DNA of 64,000 nucleotides from Beijerinckiaceae bacterium (GCA_947478455.1 CANJWR010000001.1:2928-66927), one strand, 5' to 3'; shown: positions 30,035-42,227, counted from the first letter of the stretch. Notes: generated by a model not told the origin, from the sequence alone. Program-made: numbers and translations.

Positions 30035-31440
30035 TTGGCACTTCTCCCGGAATCCGCCGAATGCCCAAATATACGCCCGAACAGGGAATTCGTCGAAATA
30101 TCGACGATTTCCACTTGCACAACCTGCCCGATAAACGAAACGTCTGCGTCAACCTGCACCGGCTGCATATAAGGGGATTTTCCGACGATTTGACCCGCAT
30201 AGCGGCCTCTTCTTTCGAGAAGCACTTCCATCTTCTGCCCTCGCATGGACTGGTTGAACTGCATGCGCTGGGCTTCCACCAAACTCTGCAGCCGTTTAAG
30301 CCGATCATGCTTGGTCGCCTCGTCGACCTGATTGTCGAGATCGGCGCCGGGTGTGCCCGGACGAGTGGAATATTTGAACGAATAAGTGCTGGCGAAACCT
30401 ACCTGCTCGATCAATGCAAGAGTTTCGCGGAAGTTCTCTTCTGTTTCGCCCGGGAATCCGACGATGAAATCCGACGATAGAGCAATATCCGGACGAACGT
30501 TTTTGATGCGAGCGATCAGCGCAAGGTAGTCCGCCGAACGATGTTTCCGGTTCATGGCAGCCAGAATTCGGTCCGAACCTGATTGAACCGGAAGATGCAG
30601 GAATGGCATTAGTGCCGGTTCACTCCGATGAGATTCGATCAAATCATCCGCCATATCATTGGGATGGCTGGTCGTGTACCGGACCCGGACAATGCCCGGA
30701 ACTTTCGCAACGAGCGCGATGAGCTCGGCCAAACCAACAATCGATCCATTTTCCGCTTCGCCATGATAGGCGTTGACGTTCTGACCTAGCAGGCTGATTT
30801 CGCGCACGCCGGCTGCAGCGAGATTGCGAATCTCGGCGAGCACCTGTCCGGGAGACCGCGATGTTTCAGCGCCGCGCGTATACGGAACGACACAAAACGA
30901 ACAAAACTTGTCACAGCCTTCCTGAATTGTCACGAATGCCGAGATACCCCGCGCCCGTGTCTTCTCGCGCGACGCTGCGGGAAGAAAATCGAATTTTTGC
31001 TCGACCGGAAAGTCTGTTTCGATAACGCCGGGATTTCGTCTAGCGCGAGCGACAAGTTCGGGCAGATGATGATAGCTTTGTGGACCAACAACGAGATCTA
31101 CCGCCTTCTGGCGTCGTATGATCTCGCCGCCTTCCGCCTGCGCTACACAACCGGCAACGGCGATGGTGGTGTTCTTGCCCTCGAGAGCGCGTTCCTGCTT
31201 CAAGATTCGGATTTTGCCAAGTTCCGAAAAAATCTTCTCCGAGGCTTTTTCTCGGATATGACACGTGTTGAGGACGACCAGATCGGCGTCCCTAATATCA
31301 GCCGTCTCTTCAAAACCGGACGATGCAAGGCTATCGACCATTCGGGCAGAATCGTAAACATTCATCTGGCAGCCGTAGGATTTTACGAAAACCTTTTTGG
31401 AGCTCTCCAATTTCGCTGTCGTAACTGGTAAATCCAACAT
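30031..31440 (-). CDS. miaB: tRNA-2-methylthio-N6-dimethylallyladenosine synthase
   Basis: N-terminal cluster ([12 protein letters not shown]), radical-SAM motif ([11 protein letters not shown]) and a TRAM domain. The start is placed at the ATG at 31440 (469 aa). The ORF-track start at 31572 is likely an over-extension. Confidence 0.92.
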   Translation of the reverse strand: MLDLPVTTAKLESSKKVFVKSYGCQMNVYDSARMVDSLASSGFEETADIRDADLVVLNTCHIREKASEKIFSELGKIRILKQERALEGKNTTIAVAGCVAQAEGGEIIRRQKAVDLVVGPQSYHHLPELVARARRNPGVIETDFPVEQKFDFLPAASREKTRARGISAFVTIQEGCDKFCSFCVVPYTRGAETSRSPGQVLAEIRNLAAAGVREISLLGQNVNAYHGEAENGSIVGLAELIALVAKVPGIVRVRYTTSHPNDMADDLIESHRSEPALMPFLHLPVQSGSDRILAAMNRKHRSADYLALIARIKNVRPDIALSSDFIVGFPGETEENFRETLALIEQVGFASTYSFKYSTRPGTPGADLDNQVDEATKHDRLKRLQSLVEAQRMQFNQSMRGQKMEVLLERRGRYAGQIVGKSPYMQPVQVDADVSFIGQVVQVEIVDISTNSLFGRIFGHSADSGRSAN

Positions 31441-31596
31441 CAGTTTGCCTCGAAGTCCCTTTCCGCATTGTTTTTCCGACTGGCGGTCCTCATCAGGGCT
31501 CCCGATCAGAAAGACAGATATGGCGCATGCCAAATCCCCAAAACTTGTTGCCCGGGCTTCGCCGTGAGTCAAACGGTCGTCACAGGACCATGCGGC

Positions 31597-32079
31597 TCAG
31601 TTCAAGGCCTTTCGCATGACAAGCGCAGCGGTCGCACTGCTATCTCGGTTACGATAGTAGGCTTCGCGCCGTCCCACCACCATAAAGCCCTGCCGGTTGT
31701 ACAAATTCCGAGCCGGACCGTTACTCTCGTCAACCTCGAGAAAAACGATTTTCGCTTTTCGCCGCGCTAATGTTTCGAAGTGAGCTTCCAGCAGACGATG
31801 TCCGATCCGGTGGCCGCGAAACGTCGGGTCGACCACGATCGTCAGGATTTCCGCCTCGTCTGCCGCCAGCCGCGACATAACAAATCCTGCCATTTTTCCA
31901 GAATCACTTGCTACTGCGGCATCGGCCAGCACATTTTCCGCCGCAGAAAGAGTTTCGAGTTCGGACGAACTCCAAGGATGAGCAAAGGACGTCGCGTGCA
32001 GCCGGGCACATTCGGCTGCACGACTACTTTGCAGTGGCTCGATCTCTATTGTCGGAGCGCGCCTGAAGAATGAAAACAC
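31597..32079 (-). CDS. rimI: GNAT acetyltransferase, ribosomal-protein-alanine N-acetyltransferase type
   Basis: GNAT motif A (VDPTFRGHRIGHRLLE). It lies in the conserved position downstream of tsaB. Confidence 0.75.
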   Translation of the reverse strand: MFSFFRRAPTIEIEPLQSSRAAECARLHATSFAHPWSSSELETLSAAENVLADAAVASDSGKMAGFVMSRLAADEAEILTIVVDPTFRGHRIGHRLLEAHFETLARRKAKIVFLEVDESNGPARNLYNRQGFMVVGRREAYYRNRDSSATAALVMRKALN

Positions 32080-32088
32080 GATCCCGAC

Positions 32089-32778
32089 CTAGACAGACGC
32101 GCGAAGACTATCGGCAGCGACGGCAACCTTTGCGTCCGGCGCCTTGAGATAGAGGGGACGGGCGGGCGCATAGGCCGGATCGGCCAGCAGACCCAGCCGG
32201 GCAACAAATGCAATATCTGGCGCATCAGCCTCTCCGACGATTTCAGCCACCAGCCCTGTGGACCAAGCCTCGATCGCCATCAGAGGAGCTCCATTGCCGA
32301 CGAGCTTAACTGGTCCAGCGCCTAGAGATCTGACCGCATCGCGAATCTTGACGACGCGTGGCGTTACGAGGGTTCTACCCCCGCGGTCGAAGACCTGCAG
32401 GTAGAGATTTCCGTGACGAGCATCAATCGAACTGGCCACCACATCCGGTCCTTGCTCTCCGATAATTGGAGCCGCAAATGCCGCGAGCGTCGAGACGCCC
32501 ACCACAGGGATCTTTCTGGCCAATCCGATGGCGCGAGCCGCAGACAGACCAACCCGAATGCCGGTGAATGAGCCCGGCCCAACCGAAACGCCAATCCGGT
32601 CCAAGCTGTCAAAGCCACCTCCGACAGCACCCATTACCGTTTGGATGATCGGCATCAATGCTTCCGCATGGCCGCGCGCCATCTGAACCCGCTCAACTGC
32701 CAGAATGCCGGATTCACCCGAATCCATCACACAGACAGAAGCGTACGGAAGGGCAGTGTCGATCGCCAGAATTCTCAT
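32089..32778 (-). CDS. tsaB: tRNA threonylcarbamoyladenosine biosynthesis protein TsaB
   Basis: MRILAIDTA...GPGSFTGIRVGLSAARA. Confidence 0.88.
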   Translation of the reverse strand: MRILAIDTALPYASVCVMDSGESGILAVERVQMARGHAEALMPIIQTVMGAVGGGFDSLDRIGVSVGPGSFTGIRVGLSAARAIGLARKIPVVGVSTLAAFAAPIIGEQGPDVVASSIDARHGNLYLQVFDRGGRTLVTPRVVKIRDAVRSLGAGPVKLVGNGAPLMAIEAWSTGLVAEIVGEADAPDIAFVARLGLLADPAYAPARPLYLKAPDAKVAVAADSLRASV

Positions 32779-32819
32779 TCGGTCCGTTTGGCCGCATGGC
32801 CGCCGTCAGGAGGGGCCGT

Positions 32820-33383
32820 TCAGATTTGCTCGACTGACCGAACTTCCGGAAGGAAATGCCGCATCAGATTCTGTATGCCGTTCTTGAGTGTTGCTGTCGA
32901 GGAGGGGCATCCCGAACAGGATCCCTTCATTGTCACATACACAATACCATCGCGAAAGCCCTTGAAGGTAATGTCGCCGCCGTCGCCAGCCACAGCCGGA
33001 CGTACCCGAGTTTCGAGCAATTCCTTGATGGTCGCCACCGTTTCGGCATCCTCAGGGGCAAAAAACTCTTCCGCCTCGTCCGAGCCGGCGGGATCTGTCG
33101 CCTCAAAAAGGATCGGATTCCCGGAACTAAAATGTTCCATGATCGCGCCGAGAATTGCCGGCTTGAGATGCTGCCACTCGCCGGACTTCTTGGTCACCGA
33201 AACAAAGTCAGACCCGAGGAAAACGCCCGAAACATCACCGATAGAAAATAGCGCCTGAGCCAGCGGAGACTTTGCAGCCGTCTTTTCGTCCCGAATTTCC
33301 AGTGAACCGTCCGGCAATACCGGTCGACCGGGCAAAAACTTCAATGTGGCAGGATTTGGGGTCGCTTCAGTCTGAATGAACAT
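32820..33383 (-). CDS. NifU/Nfu-family Fe-S cluster assembly protein (Nfu_N plus NifU C-terminal domain)
   Basis: MFIQTEATPNPATLKFLPG plus the CxxC motif (GSCSGCPSS). Confidence 0.88.
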   Translation of the reverse strand: MFIQTEATPNPATLKFLPGRPVLPDGSLEIRDEKTAAKSPLAQALFSIGDVSGVFLGSDFVSVTKKSGEWQHLKPAILGAIMEHFSSGNPILFEATDPAGSDEAEEFFAPEDAETVATIKELLETRVRPAVAGDGGDITFKGFRDGIVYVTMKGSCSGCPSSTATLKNGIQNLMRHFLPEVRSVEQI

Positions 33384-33481
33384 AGTTGCCTCCAGGCAAT
33401 CGGTTCAAGGCCGATGTCGGTTGAGGACAATATGGTAGCAGGAATTCTCACCTGCGACCAATCGACGAGCCAGACTGTCGC

Positions 33482-34516
33482 CTACCGAATAAAGCCCACA
33501 ATATCTTTCACGTCCTGCATCGTCCGCGCCGCCAGAACCTTGGCGCGAGCGGCGCCACTCGCCAGAACGCTGTCGATATAGGCCTGATCGGCATGAAGCC
33601 GTTTCATCTCGGTTCCAATGGGGCCAAGCTTTGCGACAGCCAGATCTACGAGAGCCGACTTGAACGACGAAAAATTCCCGCCGCCGAAGTCAGTGAGGAC
33701 TTCCTGCTTGGTTTGCTGATTCAGAGCGGCATAAATACCGACCAGATTTTCGGCTTCAGGACGTTTTGCAAGTCCGGCCAACTCGGACGGCAAGGGCTCC
33801 GGGTCGGTTTTCGCCTTGCGGACTTTCTGGGCGATAGAATCCGCCTCATCCGTGAGATTCAACCGCGAATAATCGGACGGATCCGACTTTGACATTTTTT
33901 TCGTGCCGTCGCGCAAGCTCATGACACGAGTGGCTGGCCCCTGAATCAACGGCTCCGGCAGCGGAAAGAAGGCGTCACGACCGGATGTGCTCTGGATGCT
34001 ATCCGCAAAGTCGTTGTTAAATTTCTGGGCGATGTCGCGTGCAAGTTCGAGATGCTGTTTCTGGTCTTCGCCAACCGGCACATGGGTTGCGCGATAAATG
34101 AGAATGTCCGCAGCCATCAGAGTTGGATAGGCGTAAAGACCAACCGAGGCATTCTCGCGATCCTTACCGGCCTTTTCCTTGAATTGCGTCATGCGGTTCA
34201 ACCAGCCGATGCGCGCAATGCAATTGAAGACCCATGCCAGTTCAGCATGTTCAGCTACCTGGCTCTGGTTGAAAATGATGTTCTTCTTCGGATCGATTCC
34301 AGCCGCGATGAAGGCGGCCGTAACTTCGCGAATATTCGATGTGAGTTCAGCCGGCTTCTGGGGCACTGTGATGGCGTGCAGGTCCACAACACAATAGATG
34401 CAATCATGTGTTTTCTGCAGATCGACGAATTTGGTGATCGCCCCAAGATAATTCCCCAGATGCAAGTTCCCGGTCGGCTGGACGCCGGAGAATACGAGTT
34501 CGGGAAATTTGTCCAT
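33482..34516 (-). CDS. trpS: Tryptophan--tRNA ligase
   Basis: HIGH-type motif ([10 protein letters not shown]) and KMSKS (KKMSKSD). Confidence 0.95.
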   Translation of the reverse strand: MDKFPELVFSGVQPTGNLHLGNYLGAITKFVDLQKTHDCIYCVVDLHAITVPQKPAELTSNIREVTAAFIAAGIDPKKNIIFNQSQVAEHAELAWVFNCIARIGWLNRMTQFKEKAGKDRENASVGLYAYPTLMAADILIYRATHVPVGEDQKQHLELARDIAQKFNNDFADSIQSTSGRDAFFPLPEPLIQGPATRVMSLRDGTKKMSKSDPSDYSRLNLTDEADSIAQKVRKAKTDPEPLPSELAGLAKRPEAENLVGIYAALNQQTKQEVLTDFGGGNFSSFKSALVDLAVAKLGPIGTEMKRLHADQAYIDSVLASGAARAKVLAARTMQDVKDIVGFIR

Positions 34517-34590
34517 GATCCAGGGTCTCCGCCTTCGGAAACCGCCTTATGGCAATGCGGCCGGGCCAACGCAAGTCGCGCCTGCCCCGC

Positions 34591-35898
34591 CTAGAGAATG
34601 AACCGGCTCAGGTCGGCATTGCGGGCCAGATCACCGATATTGCGCTCCACAAATGCCGCATCGACGATGATTTTGTCGCCTGAACGGTCCGGCGCGGCGA
34701 AACTGATTTCATCCAGAACCCGTTCCATGACGGTTTGCAGCCGGCGAGCCCCAATATTTTCGATGGAAGAGTTTACCTGAACGGCTATGCGCGCAAGCGC
34801 GTCGATCGCGTCATTGCTGAATTCGAGATGCACGCCTTCCGTCTTCAGCAAAGCTACGTATTGCTTGATCAGATTAACTTCCGTTTCGGTCAGGATGCGC
34901 CGGAAATCATCTTCTCCCAACGGCTGCAGCTCCACGCGAATCGGCAGCCGTCCCTGCAGTTCCGGCAGCAGATCGGATGGTTTCGAAACATGAAAGGCGC
35001 CTGACGCAATGAAAAGAATATGGTCAGTCTTGACCTGACCGTGCTTGGTCGAAACGCTGGTGCCTTCAATCAACGGAAGCAAGTCACGCTGCACGCCTTC
35101 ACGCGAGACATCGGCTCCCGCTCGCCCCTCGCGGGCGCAGATCTTGTCGATTTCATCGAGAAACACGATGCCGTTGTTTTCAACTTCCCGGATCGCCTCC
35201 TGCACAACCTGATCCTGATCGACCATCTTGTCGCTCTCCTCGGCGATCAGGGGCGCATAAGCTTCACGAACTGTTGTCTTTCGCGATTTGGGCCTGTTCC
35301 CCATGGCTTTTCCGAGTATATCGCCGAGCGACACAGCGCCCACCGATGCTCCCGGCATATTTGGCAACTCGAAAAACGGAACGTTGTTTCCCGCCTGCAC
35401 GACTTCTATCTCGATTTCCTTGTCATCAAGTTCCCCGGCGCGGAGCTTCTTGCGGAAAGAATCGCGTGTTGCTGCTGAAGATGTGGCTCCCACAAGCGCA
35501 TCCAGAACACGGTCTTCCGCCGCCAGATGGGCGCGGGCTTCCAGACCCTTTCGCTTGTTTTCCTTAACGATCGAAATGCCAACCTCGAGCAGATCGCGAA
35601 TGATTTGCTCCACGTCGCGACCGACATAGCCAACCTCGGTGAATTTTGTCGCTTCGACCTTGAGAAAAGGAGCGCCGGCCAGTTTGGCGAGGCGGCGCGA
35701 GATCTCCGTTTTCCCACAACCAGTGGGGCCGATCATCAGGATGTTTTTTGGCAAAACCTCTTCCCGCATGCTGCCTTCGAGACGCAGCCGGCGCCAGCGA
35801 TTACGCAAAGCGATCGCAACGGCGCGTTTGGCGGCTTTCTGGCCGACAATGAAACGATCCAGTTCCGAGACAATCTCCCGCGGGGAAAGATCGGTCAT
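34591..35898 (-). CDS. hslU: ATP-dependent protease ATPase subunit HslU
   Basis: [30 protein letters not shown] and the C-terminal DLSRFIL. Confidence 0.97.
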   Translation of the reverse strand: MTDLSPREIVSELDRFIVGQKAAKRAVAIALRNRWRRLRLEGSMREEVLPKNILMIGPTGCGKTEISRRLAKLAGAPFLKVEATKFTEVGYVGRDVEQIIRDLLEVGISIVKENKRKGLEARAHLAAEDRVLDALVGATSSAATRDSFRKKLRAGELDDKEIEIEVVQAGNNVPFFELPNMPGASVGAVSLGDILGKAMGNRPKSRKTTVREAYAPLIAEESDKMVDQDQVVQEAIREVENNGIVFLDEIDKICAREGRAGADVSREGVQRDLLPLIEGTSVSTKHGQVKTDHILFIASGAFHVSKPSDLLPELQGRLPIRVELQPLGEDDFRRILTETEVNLIKQYVALLKTEGVHLEFSNDAIDALARIAVQVNSSIENIGARRLQTVMERVLDEISFAAPDRSGDKIIVDAAFVERNIGDLARNADLSRFIL

Positions 35899-35929
35899 TC
35901 AAATATCCTCGAAAAGCAAGGCGCAGACA

Positions 35930-36502
35930 TCAGGGACTATCGATGGATTCGATAACCAGACTGCTATTGGTGTAGACGCAGATTTCAGCCGCAATGCCCA
36001 TCGAACGGCGGACAATCTCGTCGGGCGAGAGATCCATCGGCAACAGAGCCCGCGCAGCCGAGAGCGCATAATTGCCGCCGGATCCAATCGCCATCGCGCT
36101 ACCGTTTTCCGACGCTTCGGGCTCCAGGACATCGCCGGTGCCGGTCAGGACGAGGCAGGTTTTTGCGTCGGCAACCAGCATCATGGCCTCAAGTCGGCGC
36201 AAATAGCGGTCCGTACGCCAATCCTTGGCCAATTCCACGCAGGCGCGAAGCAATTGCCCAGGATATTGCTCCAGCTTAGCTTCCAGACGTTCGAAAAGCG
36301 TGAAAGCGTCTGCAGTAGCGCCGGCAAATCCGGCGATCACATCGCCCTTTCCGATCCGGCGTACCTTGCGGGCGTTCGCCTTGATGATGGTCTGGCCAAG
36401 GCTCACCTGACCGTCACCCCCAATCACAGTGCGCCCGTTCTTGCGAACCATCAGGATCGTCGTGGCATGCCATTGATCAGCTCGGGTCTGCGGCAATTCC
36501 AT
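35930..36502 (-). CDS. hslV: ATP-dependent protease subunit HslV
   Basis: [23 protein letters not shown] (active-site Thr region). Confidence 0.95.
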   Translation of the reverse strand: MELPQTRADQWHATTILMVRKNGRTVIGGDGQVSLGQTIIKANARKVRRIGKGDVIAGFAGATADAFTLFERLEAKLEQYPGQLLRACVELAKDWRTDRYLRRLEAMMLVADAKTCLVLTGTGDVLEPEASENGSAMAIGSGGNYALSAARALLPMDLSPDEIVRRSMGIAAEICVYTNSSLVIESIDSP

Positions 36503-36545
36503 TCCCCGATACTCCCGGGCAGGTTAGGTTTGCGACGGTGTCCAT

Positions 36546-36572
36546 CTATGGGGCGCGGCCCGCGGGCGCAAG
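36546..36572 (-). promoter_or_regulatory. Putative RpoH (sigma-32)-type heat-shock promoter of hslVU
   Basis: On the minus strand: CTTGCG, a 13-nt spacer, then CCCCATAG. The E. coli-type consensus is CTTGAA-N13-17-CCCCATNT. It lies about 45 nt upstream of the hslV start. Confidence 0.5.
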
Positions 36573-36643
36573 GCGGCCCATCAGGGTAGCCATGCTATCA
36601 GTGGCTTGATAGAAGCCGGATAGACCCCAATCGAGAGCTTCAC

Positions 36644-37231
36644 ATGCGTAGCGCCACCATCCAGCGCAAGACCCGCGAAACAGAAATCGCCGTAACTGTC
36701 GAGATCGACGGATCCGGGATGTCGCAGATTTCGACCGGAATCGGGTTTTTCGACCATATGCTGGATCAATTGGCGCGCCATTCGTTGATCGACATTTCGA
36801 TTGCCGCCAAAGGCGATCTGCATATCGACTTCCATCACACGGTCGAAGACACTGGAATTGCTCTTGGCCAGGCGCTGCGAAAGGCCCTGGGTGACCTGAA
36901 AGGCATTACTCGTTATGCCGACGTTCACTTGCCAATGGACGAGACCTTGACTCGGGCGGCACTGGACATCTCAGGAAGGCCTTTTCTGGTGTTCCGCAGC
37001 GAATTTGCGCGGGGTAAAATTGGCGAGTTCGATACACAGCTGATTCGTGAATTTTTTCAGGCTTTTACGATGAATGCCGGCCTCACGCTCCACATTGAAA
37101 CCCTCTATGGCGTGAATGATCATCATATCGCCGAATCATGCTTCAAGGCGGTCGCCCGTGCTTTTCGGACAGCGGCAACCATTGATCCGCGCCAAAGCGG
37201 GCGGATTCCCTCTACCAAGGGAGCGCTTTGA
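36644..37231 (+). CDS. hisB: Imidazoleglycerol-phosphate dehydratase
   Basis: RKTRETEI...[14 protein letters not shown]...[10 protein letters not shown]. Confidence 0.95.
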   Translation: MRSATIQRKTRETEIAVTVEIDGSGMSQISTGIGFFDHMLDQLARHSLIDISIAAKGDLHIDFHHTVEDTGIALGQALRKALGDLKGITRYADVHLPMDETLTRAALDISGRPFLVFRSEFARGKIGEFDTQLIREFFQAFTMNAGLTLHIETLYGVNDHHIAESCFKAVARAFRTAATIDPRQSGRIPSTKGAL

Positions 37232-37238
37232 GGGAAAA

Positions 37239-37712
37239 ATGGCAATTTATTCGGTGATGGTTCCCCGAAACGAAACCAGTTCAATCGCTGCAGCCGACAA
37301 AACCGTCCTGGTAGCTGACCGGTTCAACCTTTCGGCTGCCTTTCTGGGGCCGTTTTGGTTGCTCTATCAGCGCAATTGGCGCGGTTTTCTCGCCTGGATT
37401 TTGTTTATGACAATAGGCATTTTGGTTGTGCTCGCAGGGCATTTGCCTTTGGAGAGCATTGTTTGGTCCCTATGGGCTGCTGCCCTTTTTATTGGTCTGC
37501 AGGCAAATACCCTTGTCGAAGCAGCTCTGGCGCGGCAGGGCTATCAGTTGGTCGACGTCGTGACAGGCAAGACAAGGGCCGAAGCCGAGCGCATTTTTTT
37601 TCGGCGCAAACTTTCATCGAATGGAGATCGACCGGCGACGGCATTCGCGAGTGCGATCTATTCTGGCGAATCCATTGTGGGATTGTTTCCGTTTCCGGAG
37701 GCGCGGCCATGA
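37239..37712 (+). CDS. DUF2628-type small membrane protein embedded in the his operon
   Basis: 157 aa from the ATG at 37239, with two hydrophobic segments ([22 protein letters not shown]...). Its stop overlaps the hisH start (ATGA). Confidence 0.65.
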   Translation: MAIYSVMVPRNETSSIAAADKTVLVADRFNLSAAFLGPFWLLYQRNWRGFLAWILFMTIGILVVLAGHLPLESIVWSLWAAALFIGLQANTLVEAALARQGYQLVDVVTGKTRAEAERIFFRRKLSSNGDRPATAFASAIYSGESIVGLFPFPEARP

Positions 37713-38359
37713 CTGTCGCCATTGTTAATTATGGTTCAGGAAATCTCCATTCCGCCAGCAAGGCTTTTGAACTCGCGGCGCGCACCTCAGGATTTTCCGG
37801 CGACGTAACGGTAACTTCTGATCCTGAAATCGTGCGGCGCGCCGAGAGGATTGTGCTTCCCGGCGTCGGAGCTTTTGCTGATTGTAGGCGCGGCCTTGAT
37901 GCCGTGCCGGGGATGATCGAGAGCATGTCCGAAGCGGTTCTGCTGCGTGGTAAGCCTTTTCTTGGCATTTGCGTTGGCATGCAGCTTCTGGCGACTCGTG
38001 GCCTCGAGCATGAGACGAGCGCAGGACTTGACTGGATCAAAGGCGATGTCGAACCGATACGACCTACTGACCCTAGCCTTAAAGTTCCGCACATGGGCTG
38101 GAATACACTTTCGCCGTCGATCGGGCATCCGTTGCTAGCCGGAATTCCGACTGGCGATCGGGGCCTCCATGCTTACTTTGTGCATTCGTTTCAGCTCAGC
38201 GCCAAAACGGATTCTGACATCATTGCCCGGACCGAATATGGTGGCGCAATTGTCGCTATGGTCGGTCGAGACAATATCGCAGGCACACAATTTCATCCCG
38301 AGAAAAGCCAGAAGCTTGGTCTCGCCCTGATCGCTAACTTCCTTGGGTGGCGTCCTTGA
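37709..38359 (+). CDS. hisH: Imidazole glycerol phosphate synthase, glutamine amidotransferase subunit
   Basis: [24 protein letters not shown] (catalytic Cys) and QFHPEKS. The ORF-track start at 37355 is an over-extension in the same frame. Confidence 0.93.
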   Translation: MTVAIVNYGSGNLHSASKAFELAARTSGFSGDVTVTSDPEIVRRAERIVLPGVGAFADCRRGLDAVPGMIESMSEAVLLRGKPFLGICVGMQLLATRGLEHETSAGLDWIKGDVEPIRPTDPSLKVPHMGWNTLSPSIGHPLLAGIPTGDRGLHAYFVHSFQLSAKTDSDIIARTEYGGAIVAMVGRDNIAGTQFHPEKSQKLGLALIANFLGWRP

Positions 38360-39102
38360 TCCTGTTTCCAGCCATAGATCTCAAAGACGGCGAATGCGTG
38401 CGGCTGGTGCATGGCGACATGGCCAGAGCAACCGTATTCAGCGGCGACCCGCCACATCAGGCGAAGATCTTTGAAGATCAGAGCTTTGAATACCTTCATG
38501 TCGTTGATCTTGATGGCGCTTTCGCCGGCAAGCCAATGAACGCCCGCGCAGTCGAAGGCATCTTGAGGGCCATCAAAATCCCCGTCCAGCTTGGTGGCGG
38601 CATACGCGATATGCGCACGATCGAGGCTTGGCTTTCAAACGGTATTTCGCGTGTCATCATTGGCACAGCGGCAGTGAAAGACCCGGATCTGGTCAAGGAA
38701 GCAGCCCGGCTTCATCCGGGGCGGATCGCTGTCGGCATCGATGCCCGCGCCGGCAAGGTTGCAGTGGAAGGCTGGGCTCGTGTCTCCGAGGTTTCCGCTG
38801 TTGAACTCGGAAAGCGGTTCGAGGACGCTGGCGTTGCGGCAATCATTTACACCGACATTGCCCGCGATGGAGATCTCAAGGGCCTCAACATCGAGGCTAC
38901 GCTGGAACTGGCGGCTGCGCTTTCGATTCCGGTCATCGCCTCGGGCGGCCTGGCTTCCCTTGATGATGTAAAACGTTTGCTTCAACCCGATTGCGCTCGT
39001 CTGGCCGGCGCCATTACGGGACGGGCGCTGTATGATGGTCGTCTGGACGCGCACGAAGCGCTGCGACTCATCAGCGCGGCGCGGGAGGCGATACGTGCTT
39101 AA
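38347..39102 (+). CDS. hisA: 1-(5-phosphoribosyl)-5-[(5-phosphoribosylamino)methylideneamino]imidazole-4-carboxamide isomerase
   Basis: [16 protein letters not shown] is present. The start is either the GTG at 38347 or the TTG at 38356, and the latter gives the canonical [10 protein letters not shown]-terminus. Confidence 0.92.
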   Translation: MASLILFPAIDLKDGECVRLVHGDMARATVFSGDPPHQAKIFEDQSFEYLHVVDLDGAFAGKPMNARAVEGILRAIKIPVQLGGGIRDMRTIEAWLSNGISRVIIGTAAVKDPDLVKEAARLHPGRIAVGIDARAGKVAVEGWARVSEVSAVELGKRFEDAGVAAIIYTDIARDGDLKGLNIEATLELAAALSIPVIASGGLASLDDVKRLLQPDCARLAGAITGRALYDGRLDAHEALRLISAAREAIRA

Positions 39103-39856
39103 ATTTCGCGTCATCCCCTGTCTGGACGTCAAGGATGGGCGGGTCGTCAAGGGAATCAATTTCGTTGATTTGCGGGACGCTGGCGATCCGGTTGAATCGG
39201 CTGTTGCCTATGATGCGGCCGGGGCCGACGAACTTTGTTTTCTCGACATCACGGCCAGTCATGAAAATCGCGGCACTATTCTGGATGTGGTTCAACGCAC
39301 CGCCGAGGCCTGTTTCATGCAGCTAACGGTCGGCGGCGGCGTCCGGACGATCGAAGACATCCGAAAATTACTGCTCGCCGGTGCAGATAAGGTTTCGATA
39401 ATGACAGCAGCTGTTCAGGATCGAAATTTTGTCCGTGAAGCAGCCGAAAAATTCGGTAGCCAGTGCATTGTTGTCGCAATCGACGCCAAGCAGACGCAGC
39501 CCGGCAAATGGGAAGTTTTTACCCATGGCGGGCGCAAACCCACAGGTATCGACGCTGTGACCTATGCAGAAGAAGTGGTTTCGCTTGGCGCTGGCGAAAT
39601 TCTGCTGACTTCGATGGACCGGGATGGAACTCGAATTGGCTTCGACATTCCCCTCACGCGATCCATTGCGGATTCTGTTGCAGTTCCGTTGATTGCCTCG
39701 GGTGGAGTTGGAAACCTCGATCATCTCGTTGAGGGCGTCCGCGACGGTCATGCAACCGCCGTGCTGGCAGCCTCGATCTTTCATTTTGGCGAATTCACAA
39801 TCCGGCAGGCGAAAGAACACATGGTGGCGGCTGGATTACCGATGCGAATGGATTAG
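39095..39856 (+). CDS. hisF: Imidazole glycerol phosphate synthase, cyclase subunit
   Basis: The GTG start at 39095 gives (M)[19 protein letters not shown]. The ORF-track ATG at 39032 lies inside hisA. Confidence 0.93.
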   Translation: MLKFRVIPCLDVKDGRVVKGINFVDLRDAGDPVESAVAYDAAGADELCFLDITASHENRGTILDVVQRTAEACFMQLTVGGGVRTIEDIRKLLLAGADKVSIMTAAVQDRNFVREAAEKFGSQCIVVAIDAKQTQPGKWEVFTHGGRKPTGIDAVTYAEEVVSLGAGEILLTSMDRDGTRIGFDIPLTRSIADSVAVPLIASGGVGNLDHLVEGVRDGHATAVLAASIFHFGEFTIRQAKEHMVAAGLPMRMD

Positions 39857-39888
39857 TCGCGCCGCCCTCCTGAACGCGAGTTGGAACA

Positions 39889-40209
39889 TTGGCACAATTC
39901 ACTCTCGACGACCTGGCGCGCATCATTCGTGAGCGTTCCTCTTCTAGTGCGGAAAAATCCTATACGAAATCGTTGCTCGAAGCCGGAATGGGGCGCGCCG
40001 CAAAAAAATTTGGCGAGGAGGCAGTGGAGGCGGTGATTGCCGCAATCCAGACAGATCGCGCAGGGCTCGTGTCCGAAAGCGCTGACGTTCTCTATCATCT
40101 GTTGGTTGTCCTTCAGGCTGCCGATATCCCTCTTGCCGACGTCTTGGCCGAACTCGAACGGCGCACGTCAAAGTCCGGTCTCGAAGAAAAGAACTCCCGA
40201 AGCAAATAG
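39889..40209 (+). CDS. hisE: Phosphoribosyl-ATP pyrophosphatase
   Basis: 106 aa with [10 protein letters not shown]...[12 protein letters not shown]...[11 protein letters not shown]. Confidence 0.9.
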   Translation: MAQFTLDDLARIIRERSSSSAEKSYTKSLLEAGMGRAAKKFGEEAVEAVIAAIQTDRAGLVSESADVLYHLLVVLQAADIPLADVLAELERRTSKSGLEEKNSRSK

Positions 40210-40256
40210 CTGCAGGCAAACAGCACTTGGTGTGCTGATCTTGCGAATGGACGCCT

Positions 40257-41216
40257 ATGGACGAGCATGAAAAGCTGGCGAGAGATCAATCGAGTCTCTC
40301 GCCCTATCGTTCTTTTACCCGCGCGGAATGGGCAAGACTGCGCGCAGACACACCGCTGACCCTGACGGTCGACGATCTTTCGCGTCTGCAGTCCATGAAT
40401 GACAGGATTTCTGTCGAGGAGGTGGTGGCGATCTATCTGCCACTTTCCCGTTTGCTTGCGCTCTATGTTGCCGCAACCCAGGGCCTTTTCAAAGCAACGC
40501 AACGCTTTCTCGGCGCTGAAGACGGAAAGATGCCCTACATCATTGCTGTTGCGGGTTCCGTGGCAGTTGGCAAATCCACGACAGCACGCGTCCTGAAGGC
40601 GTTGTTGTCACGTTGGCCAAATACTCCGAAAGTAGAGTTGATCACGACTGACGGCTTTTTATTTCCAAACTCGATCCTCCAACGCGAAGGGCTGATGGAG
40701 AAGAAGGGCTTTCCGGAAAGCTATGATGGCGCTGGACTTCTCCGCTTTCTAACGGACGTCAAGGCTGGCAAACGCAACGTGGTTGCGCCCGTCTATTCTC
40801 ACCTCAGCTACGACGTCGTTTCTGGTGAACACGTAGTCGTTGATCGTCCAGATATTCTTATTGTAGAAGGCCTGAATGTCCTCCTACCTGGAAAACAAGG
40901 TAGCTCCACGCCTTTCGTATCAGACTATTTTGATTTTTCGATCTACCTGCACGCGGATGATCATAGCCTTGAGCAATGGTACATCGCTCGTTTTCGCAAG
41001 CTGCGAGAAACTGCGTTCCGAGACGATAGATCCTACTTTCGCAAATATGCCGATTTAACCGATGAGGAAGCCATCGCGACGGCTCGCGACATATGGACCA
41101 GAATCAATTTCCGCAACCTCCAGGAAAACATCGCCCCGACGCGCGCGCGCGCCAGCCTCGTGCTGACGAAAGGTGCGGATCACAACATTCAGGAAGTTGC
41201 GCTCCGCAAGCTTTGA
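40257..41216 (+). CDS. coaA: Type I pantothenate kinase
   Basis: P-loop [12 protein letters not shown], with a CoaA-like length and motifs. Confidence 0.92.
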   Translation: MDEHEKLARDQSSLSPYRSFTRAEWARLRADTPLTLTVDDLSRLQSMNDRISVEEVVAIYLPLSRLLALYVAATQGLFKATQRFLGAEDGKMPYIIAVAGSVAVGKSTTARVLKALLSRWPNTPKVELITTDGFLFPNSILQREGLMEKKGFPESYDGAGLLRFLTDVKAGKRNVVAPVYSHLSYDVVSGEHVVVDRPDILIVEGLNVLLPGKQGSSTPFVSDYFDFSIYLHADDHSLEQWYIARFRKLRETAFRDDRSYFRKYADLTDEEAIATARDIWTRINFRNLQENIAPTRARASLVLTKGADHNIQEVALRKL

Positions 41217-41225
41217 ACCGGTTCG

Positions 41226-42227
41226 TTAGTAGCTGATGCCATTTTGGGATGCGAGATCGGATAGCTGCGCAACCGGTCGCGCCCCATAGTGCTGGATGAT
41301 CTCCGACGCGGCCAAAGCGCCCAGGCGCGCGCAATCGGGCAAAGACGCACCACGCGCCAGACCTGAGAGAAAACCTGCTGCATAAAGATCGCCAGCGCCG
41401 GTCGTATCGACAAGTTTGTCTATCGGACAGGCCGGAACCGCATGAGTCTCGCCGCGGGTGACGACGAGCGAGCCCTGTTCGGAGCGGGTGACGGCGGCCA
41501 GAATTCCTTCTTCGCGCAGCGCCGCAACGGCGCTGTCGAAATCTGACGTCTCGTAAAGCGCTCGCAATTCGTGCTGGTTGGCGAAAACAATATCGACAGT
41601 CTTTGAACGAATAAGATCAAGGAACTCTGCCCGATAGCGATCGACACAGAATGAATCCGACAAGGTCAACGCAACACGATTTCCGGCGGCATGCGCAACA
41701 GCAGCCGCCTTGACGAAAGCCTTTTTGGCTTCCGGCGGATCCCACAAATAGCCTTCGAGGTAGGTGATCCTGGCTGCCTTGACGGAATCTTCGTCCACAT
41801 CGGCTGAAGTGAGGTTCTGGCACGCGCCCAGATAGGTATTCATGGTGCGCTCGCCATCTGGAGTGACGAAAATTAGACACCTTGCGGTGGCGGCACCTTC
41901 GGTTGCATGAGGCGTTTCGAACTGCACTTTCATAGCGCGAATATCATGCGTGAAAGCTCCGCCGGTCTCGTCTGCTTTCACCTTCCCGATGAAGGCTGCC
42001 GACAGGCCAAATGACGCAACGCCAACGATTGTATTCGCCGCAGACCCGCCGGAAATCACCGTCCCGGGACCCATGGCGGCATAAAGCTGATGAGCCCGCG
42101 ATTCATCAATGAGCGTCATGCCGCCCTTCTGAAGATCTTCTCGTAGCAGGAAATCATCGTCCGCCGTTGCTATGACATCGACGATTGCGTTTCCGATCCC
42201 CAGAATGTCGATATTGCGGGCGGCCAT
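41226..42227 (-). CDS. PfkB-family kinase, adenosine kinase-like
   Basis: ILGIGNAIVDV and the C-terminal DTTGAGDLYAAGFL motif. The ATG at 42227 is preceded by AAGGAG. Confidence 0.85.
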   Translation of the reverse strand: MAARNIDILGIGNAIVDVIATADDDFLLREDLQKGGMTLIDESRAHQLYAAMGPGTVISGGSAANTIVGVASFGLSAAFIGKVKADETGGAFTHDIRAMKVQFETPHATEGAATARCLIFVTPDGERTMNTYLGACQNLTSADVDEDSVKAARITYLEGYLWDPPEAKKAFVKAAAVAHAAGNRVALTLSDSFCVDRYRAEFLDLIRSKTVDIVFANQHELRALYETSDFDSAVAALREEGILAAVTRSEQGSLVVTRGETHAVPACPIDKLVDTTGAGDLYAAGFLSGLARGASLPDCARLGALAASEIIQHYGARPVAQLSDLASQNGISY

